Source of the DNA: Sphagnum compactum
Lineage: Eukaryota
DNA length: 64,000 nt
Assembly: GCA_965153455.1 (NCBI GenBank)
Contig: OZ234493.1
Location: 34,276,213-34,340,212, forward strand
Reading direction: 5' to 3'
The translations under genes were made by a program, and so were the position numbers. The first letter of the stretch is position 1, and each line of letters begins with the position of its first letter. The notes under the pieces were generated by a model. That model had not been told where the DNA came from and searched no databases. It saw only the letters and a list, made by a program, of their open reading frames with translations. Below, piece after piece: positions 50,701 through 62,555 of this stretch.

Positions 50701-51830
50701 CAAGTGCGACAAGAACCAGAAGAAGAGCATCATGTCACAAATTCCAGACAGGATAACAACATGATACTTAGCAATTTTCTGGAGGAAGGTGAAAGCATGC
50801 AAACTGTGAATACTACCATATGTGGGGTAGACGAGTCCGGTGACCAGAGTGTTGAACCAGCAGATTATGCCCTACATGAGCCACAAGAGGACAATATGCA
50901 AGGAGTTTCTGAACAGGAGAATGATGAGCTTGTGGATATTGCACAGACCACACAACTTGCTAATTTGGGGAAGCAAGAGGAGAAAATTATTGCCCAAGAG
51001 GAGGAAGATCTTGGGAAGAACATTTTGGAACCTCTGGCCAATGTGCTAGCTTTTGCAGAGACTTCATCTGAGACATTGCAGCTTGGTGAAGTGGAAGATT
51101 TGCAAAATGTTTCAGTCGAAGAGACACCCTTGGTTCAGGACAGTTCCCTTGGTGCTGTGGTGTCTGAAGAGGCAGAGCCTTGCAGTAGAGGACGAGAATC
51201 TGCTCTTGTAGAGCAGTCTTCTGGTGCAAATGCAGATTCTTTTTCTGATGCTATTCCTGTGGAAGATGCACGTTTGCTGGAGGACCTTTCAACTGGAGGT
51301 CATACATCACAAATTGATGCACCACTGGCAGAAAAAGAGAATTATGATCTCATACAAAGCAAAACTGCAGCTGGTGCTAAATTGCCAACAAATCTTTCCA
51401 TGGCTAGAACTGATGATGCTGAACTTGGGAAAGGACTTAGCATAGGAGGATCTGGATCAAGCCCAGAGGACCTGCTGCATTACAACTCTCCCAGAAAATC
51501 TGTGGTGAGTATGTTGACCACAAGAAAAGCCTCAATTTCTGTATTGCAGCAGTTCTCTAACCAAGACTGCTATAACCTGTTGCAATCTTGAATCATAATG
51601 TGATCATGCAAGAGTTGGATGTTTGTTGTTCTTTGGTTTGGGACAGACTGTGTGGATGGATCCACTGTAAAATGGACAGGACACATTTTACTTAATTTCT
51701 GAACCATAATTCTCTCTCTCAGGAACAGGTGAGGTCTAATGAGCGCTGGGATGGGTCATCAGAGATCAGGGGATGCTGTGAGCCTGTGCATTGGATTTTG
51801 GTGCACATTTTTGGCAGGCAGATTGATTAA
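47746..51830 (+). CDS. Uncharacterised acidic, probably disordered protein (~979 aa) with a basic N-terminus, an ~400-aa internal duplication and a C-terminal GCC/hydrophobic tail
   Basis: Exons 47746-47818 (MPPGPRKRRRRRRTESSPGFSASA), 48746-51504 (E/D/S-rich long ORF) and 51723-51830 (EQVRSNERWDGSSEIRGCCEPVHWILVHIFGRQID*). GT-AG junctions are phase-consistent; total 2940 nt. Confidence 0.85.
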
Positions 51831-53269
51831 GCCTTCAGGGATCAAAGGGCCCTTAACTACCATACACATCCCTATGCAGTTCTTCATCTAAAAAGTGCAC
51901 AGGTGAGCCCCGATTCTGAGCATGAGGGCAGCAGAGACTCATGAGATCTTGGATCCAGATTGCCAGAGACTGTAGAGATTGATTGGTTCATATTTTGCCC
52001 TCATCATGTATGGTCGAGATCTAAACCAGTGGATGTTTTTTGAGGTTTTATAAATTACTGACATTGTGCAGAGTTAAAAGATGTTAAAATATTGTAGAAA
52101 AAAATACAAGTCAGATTGCTGCAGAGACACAGCTTTCACCATTTTGTTTTCATTTTTCAGGATGAAGAATCCTGTTATAGTCCTTTTGGTCATCCAGTAG
52201 TAGTAAAGGCCTCTATAACAGTCTAAATCAGGTATAGGTATACTGTTGCAAATTCAGGTACACTGACGAGGAATCAGAGACATCCTTGGTTGCAGCAATT
52301 ATGACCACCCCTGTCAATGTGAATGGTGTACAATGGTGTCCGGATGGTCTCATGCTGCAAAGGCAACACGACCATCACGGCATCATACACTCTCTTCACT
52401 TGTATTTTCTGGATATAATCTACCACACGTAGTATAGTCATCAGTAAGATACTTTTTTAAAATTAATTTGACTAAAAGATGTTTTAGTTGAATATATTGC
52501 CCAACTGTATATGTGTATGATTAGAAGTGACATATATTAGATTCATTCATATACTTGATTACATAATAAGAACTTAATATGTATTATGTATCTTCCATGT
52601 TACTATTGTTATCATGAAACAGATGTAAAATGATAAGTATATTGATGTGTGATACTATTATGGATCTAAGATTACATATTTTCAAAAATATGCTTCACTT
52701 TTGTACATTTTCTTTCATGTGATTGAATTTTTTCCACGTGTTACTTTTCATCATCCATGTTATCAATTTTAATTGGTGTTTTCGTTTTAATTCCTGTTAT
52801 TGTTTTCATCGATATGGTATGGTTCATTTTTGTCATCAGTTTAGTCCAAATGTTTAGATTTTACCTCAAAATCAATTTCATTTTTTGAAGTTCATTTCTT
52901 CCAAATTGTTGAAATTCATTTGTGTAATCTGTTTTCACCCATATGACCATTGGCAATTGTGTGTTCAAATTCATCTATCATCAAATTTGATTACCTAGTA
53001 TTGCCAATTGCTTCGTGGATTTGATCATGGTTCATCCATTTATGTTATTTAAGGACCTAGACTTCTGGGAGCTTAGTTTTTTCAGGGATGGGGTCTGGAC
53101 TAGGGCTTTTTGGCATCATCAAGGTTTGAACATTGTTTTAGGGTTCAGCTTTGGATCATGAACTTGTAGGGTTTTAGGGCTTGGGTAGGTTGTAGGGTTA
53201 GGGTATGGACACTCTTAAAACCTAAGGTGCACATCCACCCCTTAGCATTAAGGGTGCACATCAAATCAT

Positions 53270-53750
53270 TAGACCCCATTCACGTGCCAAAACTTTAAAA
53301 GCCTAAACCCAAATCCAAAATTTTCATTCATGTGTGAAACCTCAAAAACCTTAAAACCGATGTGCCATTGTGTATGCCTAAACCCTAGAACCCCATTCAT
53401 GTTTCAAAACCATAAAATCCCTTTTGCACTACCCAAGCCCCAAAACCATTTTCACATGCCAAACATACAAAAATCGCTTTTGGGTCAAAACCTTAAAACC
53501 CATCCCAAAACCACATTAGTGCACCAAAACATTAAAACCTACCATGGGTGCCCAAACTCCAAAACCCCATTCACATGCCAAAAATTTTGAACTCATACGT
53601 GCCCCCAAATTTCAAAACCCCATTCACCTTCCATAACCCTAGAACCCTTTTTGTGCCCCAAAATCCCAAAACCCTATTCATTCACCAAACCCCAAAATCT
53701 TATCTGCAATCAAAAACCCTTAAACCTAGTGAACCCCCCAAACCCCAAAA
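53270..53750. repeat. Degenerate minisatellite (AAAACCCC-ATTCAC(A/G)TGCC-type units)
   Basis: Recurrent AAAACC(C)(T/C) and CCATTCAC.TGCC blocks every ~25-30 bp. Confidence 0.75.
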
Positions 53751-54039
53751 CAATATTGAGGTTATTCAAGACTTTCAACAATTTTGCCTAAGGGGAATTT
53801 GATGTGCTAACAATTTTTGTGGTCCCCACGATCGTAGTTCATGCATGATCTATAGATGCAGTTTTCTTTTTTTAAAATTTCCTTTTTTTTCAATTTTGTG
53901 ATTTCAAAAAATTGAAGAATGTTTCAAAAAAATGTAGAAAAGATTGGCCAAATTGGATAGAAATTTAAAATTTTCCAAATTTTTTTCAAATTTTTGGTCA
54001 AAATTTGTATATTATTTAAAAAAAAACAAAACTATACAT

Positions 54040-55420
54040 GTGACCTTGTTTCTAGCCATCACGGAAGTTGACACTAGAGCATTGTCATCTTAACTTTATT
54101 ATGTACATGAATTATGTATGACACATTTGTTTGGAATTGGTCAAAGATCATGCTTTGTCATAATGTCATTTTCATTGTCTCATCCGTTAATGAAGCAATG
54201 AGAAATGAGATTCAATGAGCGATTGCCCAAGAAAGAATAACACAATCGATCAAGATATTTTAGTTCCTTGGCTACAATGGTTTCATTGATGGCATGTTCA
54301 TCAAGATTTGAAAGCCTTGGCAAAATGCCACCCACAAGACATGGTTTAATGGGCATAATAAGAAGGTTTGTTCAATGAACAGCAGCTTGGTCATCGGGGC
54401 CTTTTCATTTACTTGGATGTAGGGTATCAAAGGTTCTTATCACAATCTGATTATCTTGCATGCTTTGAAGCTACATAGAAGTTGGTGTCAATTTTTTGTG
54501 CATGACAAAAAGTATTTGAGGGTGAAAGCATGGTAAACTATACAATTAAAAATACTTGCCAGTCTATTTGTCAAATAAACAAAAAGTAGGACCAAAACCC
54601 ATCACAAAATTGTTATACATTCAAATTTTTTAGTTGAATGATAAATAACAAGATACTTCCTCATAATTATACATTAATGTTTAAATTTTGCATTGTAAAA
54701 GTAGGCTTCAAATAGACTTTTCTAAATGCAAGTAGCTTTTAAAACCTACTTTGTGTAATGTAACATTTGATTCAAGTATGTCTAAAGTATATTCTACCAA
54801 AGAGAAAGTAGATTTTTTTTTTGTGAGGTTTTTGAATATACAATGATTTTTATGCTATAACTTCATACATGTATATGTCATTAAATTTTCTAATGAAAAA
54901 GTAGGTTTGAACACCATATTGACTAGTCAATTTCAAACCTACTTATTCACTACTTTAATTATTCCAAAAAAATTGAAATTTTGTAATAGATTTACGATAA
55001 ACCCAATTGAGAGCTCAATAGTTTCAAAATGAAATTTAAGTAAAATTTGAAACTACTTTCTTGTGTTTTCATGAAAAAATGTCTTTTTTTTAACTTGATA
55101 TTTTTTCGGCGACTTTTTCTATATACTTTACCATGCTTTCACCCTTGAGTACTTATTGGGGGACCCAAAGTACTTGTTGAGGAAATGTTTATTATGTGAA
55201 GGTTTGGCAATCACAAATTAAGTTTCAATGCAAATAATGATGTATTATGAGCATACAACACCATGCATATGGGATTCAAAGTGCAAGTGGAATGGGGCAT
55301 TGGGGATTGAAATGCAACTAGAAAAGGTTGATGAAAAGATTTGATTTCACAAAACCCAAATACAACATTTTGTTCATAACAACAATTTTTTTCACAAATT
55401 TTTTGCTTATGCATTACATG
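54040..55420 (+). mobile_element. Decayed PIF/Harbinger DDE transposase interrupted by a TIR element
   Basis: Translates, with stops and frameshifts, to FLGYNGFIDGMFIKI*KPWQNATHKTWFNG..GLFIYLDVGY..GSYHN (54265-54450). After the insertion it reads YLLGDP..EMFIM*R..AYNTMHMGFKVQVEWGIGGLKCN*KRLMKRFD (55150-55345). These match the IDG, GSxHD, LLGD and VExxIGxLK motifs of DDE_Tnp_4/HARBI1-type proteins. Confidence 0.8.
54515..55149. mobile_element. Non-autonomous TIR element (~635 bp) inserted in the Harbinger transposase
   Basis: Perfect 18-bp TIR core GGGTGAAAGCATGGTAAA (54520-54537) / TTTACCATGCTTTCACCC (55127-55144). It extends to TA|TTTGAGGG ... CCCTTGAG|TA, which suggests a TA target duplication (Tc1/mariner type). 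Confidence 0.85.
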
Positions 55421-56918
55421 GACTTCACATACAAAGTCATTGATGATCTCATGATAGCTAAAAATTTAATATCTCTTTAATCTCCTATTCACTTACAAAA
55501 CCAAGTGCCTTAAGATCCTTCAAGTCATTGATGGTTGCATTATTTGTTTACTAATCATTGCATTGCTTTCCATCAGTCAATCATGCTTATCAAAGGCATG
55601 GTGTATGAAGTGAGGCATACCTTTGATGCCTTGGTTTGGGCCCCCATTTTTTTGTGACTTCTCCAAGCAAGTGGATGCAGCACTAGTGGGGGTTGATGTC
55701 ATGTTAAATATAAATGGTATTTCCAAATCAACAAAAGGAAATGAAGGAATAGATGGTAGAGATAGGTTACTTGTACCATTAATTAGAAATTGCGGTCACC
55801 TTAAAACATTGTGTGTCACATGTCCATTTGTATTTTTGAGGTGTGTAAGCACCTCATCATTTTGTAGTGTGAAATTTTTGAGTGTTTTTAATTAGCTTTT
55901 AGCTTTCTCAAAGTTTCATGCAATTTCTCCTTTAGAGTTTCCTCTTTAAACATTAATTTTGGGTACTCATCCTTGTAAGCACCATATACTACCTTGCACA
56001 CAATGAAAGAGATCAATTAGGTGACTTGCTTCTTGTTGTAATTATACAACACAAAGTGGTGGTGGTATGCACTACACATGGTGCCCAACTACAAAGATTC
56101 CACAGTTTGCCATGTCAACCAATCTTTACATGGTGCCTTTGCCACATGCTAGTTGGAGAAGGCCTTTCATGCTTAAAACATTGAATTTCTAGTGCCCCAA
56201 GATTCACAACATCCAACATTAGCCTTGGCAACATTAGTAAGGATTGAACAAAAGGTTTGGAACAAGTAACAATTGCAATGGCGTAAACAAGCATTGGAAT
56301 TAGATGACGAAAAAAGAATAAAAAACAAAAAAAAACTTATAGGTCTTTTGATTAATTTTTCACATTTCACATTTTTGTTTACTCTAGTTGTTCTAAACTT
56401 TTAAACCACATTTTCAAGTTGTATGCTCATTTGATTGTAGGTGCACTATTCTTTAGGTAGAATATTAATAATTTGGAAATTCAACCATATGCAATAGGAA
56501 TGTCTTGTTGACATATGTACATTGTCTTTAAATTCTCAATATCATCTCAAATAATTTAATGTTTCACATTAGTTAAAGATTTATGGCAACTACTATCATC
56601 AAACATTGATCTTCAAATAAACTATAACAAAACCATATTATCAAAGAAGAATATTTTGCTTTCAACAAATGCTTAACAAATGACTAGGAATACATCTAGC
56701 TGTCTTAACACATTTTTATTTAAGGCTAGGCTATTGTCCCCCAAAGTTAAATGTGGAATTCCAAAGTTTTGCACTCTTTGCATTTGACTTGTGATAATGT
56801 ACATGTTTCCATACAAAAAAGGTTGTTATTTGAGGAATGAAATGATTGCAGTTTTCATGCTATATTTTATTATATAACACTTTTTCCATTTATTATACCT
56901 TTGTTTCTTGTCATGTAA

Positions 56919-57131
56919 TTGAAATTCAAGTTAGTGTTCTTTGTGCCCAAAGGAACTTGTTTTGACATGTTAACTTGGTGCAAGATGCAAAACAATATCG
57001 AATTTATGTTTGATGAACATTTATTATGGACGATTGTGAAGAATTGGTGCATGCATACCTTGGCTTTGTCAAGGGCAATCGTTGATTCAAAAACCTTCCT
57101 TTGAACATTTGTTGTGAAATGCCATAACAAG
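56919..57131 (+). pseudogene. Decayed single-exon fragment of a cytosolic HSP90 (equivalent to exon 6 of the 12-kb gene)
   Basis: Reads LKFKLVFFVPKGTCFDM..KMQNNI then, after a frameshift, YV**TFIMDDCEELVHAYLGFVKG..NLPLNICCEM. The intact exon reads [59 protein letters not shown]. Confidence 0.85.
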
Positions 57132-60100
57132 GTTGGTACTTGGATCTCATAGAATTGACTATACCCATAGGAGGGAGCTAAAGTCAATGAATTTGTTGAT
57201 TTGATTGATTTACCATTTTGATTTTTTAAGATTCATGACAAGAACAAATAAACCTTGAATGTGGTCCCAATCTCCTCATCAATGGGTTCAAGTAATGGAA
57301 TGTTCAAAATTTATTAATGGCATATTATTTTGCCAAAAAAAATCTCATTAATACATTTTGAATATTCTTTAATAAGTTACTAAAAATATTGTTCACCAAA
57401 AAAAAAATCTTAAGAAATTTTTTTATCGACAAAGGTAATATGTCATTAATACATTGAATATTTTTTAATACATCATTAAATATTTATGTTTAATTGAACA
57501 TGTTTGTCAACGTATCGATAATCCAAACATTACTAGGATGTAATTCCCCCTTTACAATGTTATATAGCTCTTTGAATGCATTAAATGTGTTCATTTGGGA
57601 CAATTTGAATATTCAATGTTTAATTGACCATAACATCAGGTTGTCATTGAATATGTCTTGGGATGTGTAATTTGTTAATATTCAAAAAAGTCATTGAGGT
57701 TTATCCAATGTTTTGTATATAATCAATGTATATAAATTTCAATCAAACTTGATTTCCTTTGCAAATTGAACTATAATTATTTAATATTTCCAAAAATCAT
57801 GTGGCTCACATGGGCATTGGGATAGCAAGTCTCCTTTGAATATTGTCTAAGCAAATATAGTATTATGTATTTCTCCCAAATGCCCTCTTGAAGTTTACAC
57901 TCACTTCACTCATTGTCAAATGTTAGACATGTATTTGACCCCCATTTTACATTTCTCCCATATTTACATTTTGAATCCAAGTTCAAAACCATTTCTTCCA
58001 AGGACTTTTTGATGGTCCGACCATAAAGACTTGTGATTTCTATTAAGTCTTTTCCCATTGCCCCCCCAAATCTAGCAGTTAAAGCTCCAAAAACTATTTT
58101 TAAAACATATATCTCCTTTTAGTTATTCCCTCAAAGAAAGGCCTCAAACAATGTAATTTTTGTTCCCTAGCTACCCACTTTGAAGATTATTATACTTGTC
58201 ACTATTCACATTAGGTGGCAAGTATGATCAAAAGCTTTTTGACAATAGCTTAATGAATAGAGATCATGTCCATATGATTTTTGACAAAAGACATTTTCTT
58301 TTTGTTTACTTGTGAGAGTTGGAAACTCCTAGAAATGAAAAGTCGTTTCCAAGTTGTGTTTGAACTTTGATAGTTGTGATTATATAGGGTGGTGAAGGCC
58401 GTTGTAATTTGTTGAAGTTAAGAGCACAAAATGCACGCCAATAGGAATGTTATGTTTGTTTGATCATCTACATTATAGTAGGGGTAGGGGAAGGTGGCAC
58501 ACCTAAACATGTCTTTCTAGGTGGAAGTAAGGTAAATTAAACAACTTTTGATCTTTGCAATTTAATTTGGAACACAAATGAAAGTAACCATAAAATAACC
58601 TTTGATATACTAATATTAAGGACATTATTTATTAAATGATGAATATAAAAATGTTATTTAACTTTATGACAATGGCGTTGAAAAATTCCAAGTTTAGTAT
58701 GCATTTAACTAGACTCTAAAAAATGAAGGTACATGAAATATTACAAATTAATTTATTTTAAGTTAACAAACTTTGTACTTATGTATTTTCAACTTTTGCA
58801 TATTATAATCATAATATATCCAACTTCTCACCTATAAATAATTTTCAACATTATATTCACCTAGTTAATTTCATATCTACCTACTATTTATTGTTAAAAT
58901 ATTTTTAAAAATTCAAATTTTGTATTCAACTTACCATAAAGGAAATGGACCTCCCAAATTCTTTATAATGAATTCTTCTAAATAAAGATATTGAATTTGC
59001 TCTTTTGTGTTCATGTCCAAAAATGTTTCATTTTTTAATCAGATTTTGTGAAGACAAGTTTTTTTTATCTACTTTCACCATGCTTGCACTCTTCCCTAAA
59101 TAATATGTTTTTAGAATGTGTGATTGTAATGACTTTAATCAAAGATAAAAATTTAGATTGTTATTAGTTAAAAACATTCTTTGCAATTTCAACAAAATTG
59201 TTAATGATCTTGATTTTTTTATACATAATTAAATTGCAACACGTAGATATTGTATGATGTGGAGAGCTTGAGATTCATGAGACCATGATTAGATTGGTTA
59301 AATTGATGTTCTCAAATACACAATTAAGGTTTTAATAAGAATGAATATGAATATTTATGTACCTTGATGAACCTAATGATGTTTGTAAAGCTACATAGAT
59401 GAATTCATAAAGCCTCCTGTAAGGTTCATTGTGTAAAGGACAATGGTATATTTTATAGCAAAGCTTTGCAAAATCTTTGCTTGAAAATTTTGATTTTGAC
59501 TCATAAAAAAAAATTATATTAAAAAAATGGGCCTAAATGTTCCGTGTACTCAAGGAAAAATTTCCAAACAACAATTTTAAAAAAAAGGATTCCAATAATT
59601 AGTAGCTAATAATATTGAAAATAAACAAATTTTATACATTTGGGTAACTATTCTTACGGATGATTGCCATTTCAACTACATCACAGAATTGAAAAAGAAA
59701 AAAGAAGTTGTTTAATTTTTCTTTGAATTATTTTTTTATATGTGATTTTATGGATGATTAATGGTCAATAATTGATGCTACCATGGATGGACATCATTTA
59801 TGAATCATGAGAGTTAGATTAGTTAAACAATTTTTGGAATATTCATGATTCAAGTATAACTATTTTAATGATTTTTGGGATGCCTTATGAATTCATGTTA
59901 GAAATAAACTTGTCTCATGGAAATTGTGAAACATTGTAGAGTTGGATTAATTTCCTCCCTATTCTAAATGAACTTAATGCATTCCTAAATATGTAATTAT
60001 GTATGTAATTGAGATAATATACTATTATAATTACTTTTATATATGTAATTACAACCTCCTTGTAGTCATGTGTAAGGAGTTTTCCAAGGTATCAAATAGG

Positions 60101-61003
60101 TTTGAAGTGTAGATTTGCAATATTGATTCAACCATACTTAAATAATCTATTTTTAAAGTTTGATTATAAAAATAAATAATGAAACCATGTTGGGAAAACC
60201 TATACAATGAAATTTTGTATATTGTCATGGGTTTTTTTTTCCTAAAAAAAAAAGCACTTCTTAAATCCAAATTCCTACCAAATCTACTTTCTAGCTATTT
60301 TTTGGAAAGCTTTCAAGGACAATTTTGATCAACTATCTATCTACTCATGGGGGAGGTTATTCTGTGTATTTTATGAAGCACGTGAGATAAAAGGGTATTT
60401 TTTGTATGCTACATGACATAATAGAATATTAAAATAATATTTTACTAAAATTGAGAATATTTTTAAAATAGTTTTGTAATCCAATTCTTGACACACTATT
60501 TATATTGAAGTGAATTTTGAAATTTACTTTTCTTCATTAAATTGCACTCTATTTTTTTGCATGTCATTTGAAAAAAAACTTTGAAAAAATTGTAATACCT
60601 TTACTAGTGTGGCATCTTCTTGCCATTTATTTATTTATTTATTTATCATTTTTTCACTCGAACAATAACAATATAAATTTCCTGAAATTCCAGCACCCTC
60701 AAAGATCTAGCCATGTAGACCTAGAATAAGCAAAAAAATAATAACCATGTACACTAACTATGTAACAATAGAATTTCTAAAATTTTCAACATTGTGGGCA
60801 GCTAATTTTTTATTTTTAAAAAACACTTATTAAAAATAATTTAATTATTGTTAGAGAATGGTAAAAGTATTATGGTAACCTCCCCTTAATCTACTCTCTA
60901 TGTCTCTCTTATATGTGTACCCATGAACATAAAAATAATCTCTTAGTTATGTGGGATGGATGTTTATTGATAATATGTAGATCGATTAGACACACGATAG
61001 TTA

Positions 61004-61137
61004 CCAAATCCTCCAACCAGTTGTTATCACACAATCAACATCGATGTCCAAATCCTCCAAACCAGTTGTTATCACACAATCGACATCGATGTCCAAATCC
61101 TCCAACCAGTTGTTATCACAATCGACATGGATGTCGA
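61004..61137. repeat. ~44-bp tandem repeat x3
   Basis: CCAAATCCTCCAA(A)CCAGTTGTTATCAC(AC)AATC(A/G)ACAT(C/G)GATGT is present three times. Confidence 0.95.
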
Positions 61138-62302
61138 TGATTCATAAACACCTTCTTCACACAATCGTTGTGAATGTTTGTGACACTTGTTGTGGCAAAA
61201 GTAATCATATGTGACTATGGGGGTGGAAAAGGACAAGATTTTAAAACGCAAAATCTTTAGTAAGCTGGTTGCAAATGGGGGGGTTGCAAAGGACAAGATT
61301 AAAACGCAATGCTGTAATCAATCTTTAGTAAGTTGGTTGCAATAGAGAACTTCATAAATTAATGACTAGTTACGGAATCGACATATGCAATTTTTATATA
61401 ATTAATGGAAAAGTAAGTCCAAATTGGTCACCACAAAAAAATCAATTCACATGACATTCTTGGAAAATAAATAAAAATAAAAATATAATCTAATAAATAG
61501 ATATTCTTATAACCCTACACACAGAAAGTTCTCTGAAACCATGATGTGGTTGAATTGACATTAGGGTCAAAAAAGCAAAGTGCAAGAGTACAATAAATGG
61601 ATAGAAACTAGAGGAAAACCCTGCACCAGGTGTGTATTAGGACCGATTCTGCCATGTAATCCCTCACTTTGCAATGACACATTTTGGTGGAATCAGCCGT
61701 ATATCTGATTCCTTGAGATTTAAAAGGGGGGTCTACATGCAGAAAAGTTGATCGGACGACAAGCAGAATCGGCGGCAAGGGAAGGATTCCACCTTGGAAT
61801 GAGGGGTAGCATAGGGACCCTGAACACGCATCCCTGTTTATTGGGCAAGAACTAGAAAATTCCATTACGTAATCTAATCGAGCTAGTGTTGTGGATTATT
61901 TCTGGAACATCATAATCTCTTGATGCTGATAAAATTATGATTTGGAATTGACCCTTTACAAGAGAATTCTGTCAGAGAAATCTGTCAAAATCAGACTCAT
62001 TACAAAGGCAGAATCCGCCAGTTCAGACCATTCTGGTTTAGGGTTCTGGGTTATAAAGCAAGCCGGAGGCGAAGGTGAGGAAGTCTGCATAGTTGGGAGG
62101 ATCATTCCTTCGCATTGCACGCATCTTCTCGTTCTTCTTCTTCTTCTCCTTCTTCCTCTTGGCTTTCTTCTCTCTTGCTCATTTTCTCTCGCTCGTCTGG
62201 GATCCCATTTCAGTCATCTGTACTGTGAAGAAGTAGATCAAAGTTTCAACCTCAAAGGCAGCAGCTGACTTTACTATTACTACTGCTGCTGCTGCTGCCA
62301 TC

Positions 62303-62555
62303 ATGTCTCACTTCCAGCTTCCACAGCTATTTCTTGCAGGTGAGTAAGTGCTCATCAAACTATAATGCACATTATATGAATCTGGGTATATCAATTACAT
62401 CTAGAACTCTAATCTATCTCCTTAAGGACTTATCTGATCATGGCTTGGTGACTGTTTTGAATGTTGTAATAGGTATCATGGCGATGTCGATCCTGGTGGC
62501 ATTTCTGATGGTGCCCACGGTCACCTGTAGAATTATTCTGGACACGGACGAAAAG
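62303..62555 (+). CDS. 5' part (2 exons) of a signal-peptide-bearing protein; remaining exons not identified in the window
   Basis: Exons 62303-62339 (donor CAG|GTGAGT) and 62473-62555 (donor AAG|GTGAGA) join in phase to give MSHFQLPQLFLAGIMAMSILVAFLMVPTVTCRIILDTDEK. A TATA-like TTATAAAG at 62051 and a CT-rich leader precede it. Confidence 0.6.

Noticed and set aside
49330-51229. Multiple antisense and alternative-frame ORFs over the acidic exon (likewise over CNGC, HSP90 and the kinase)
   Set aside because: They are shadow ORFs produced by the codon bias of the real coding strand.
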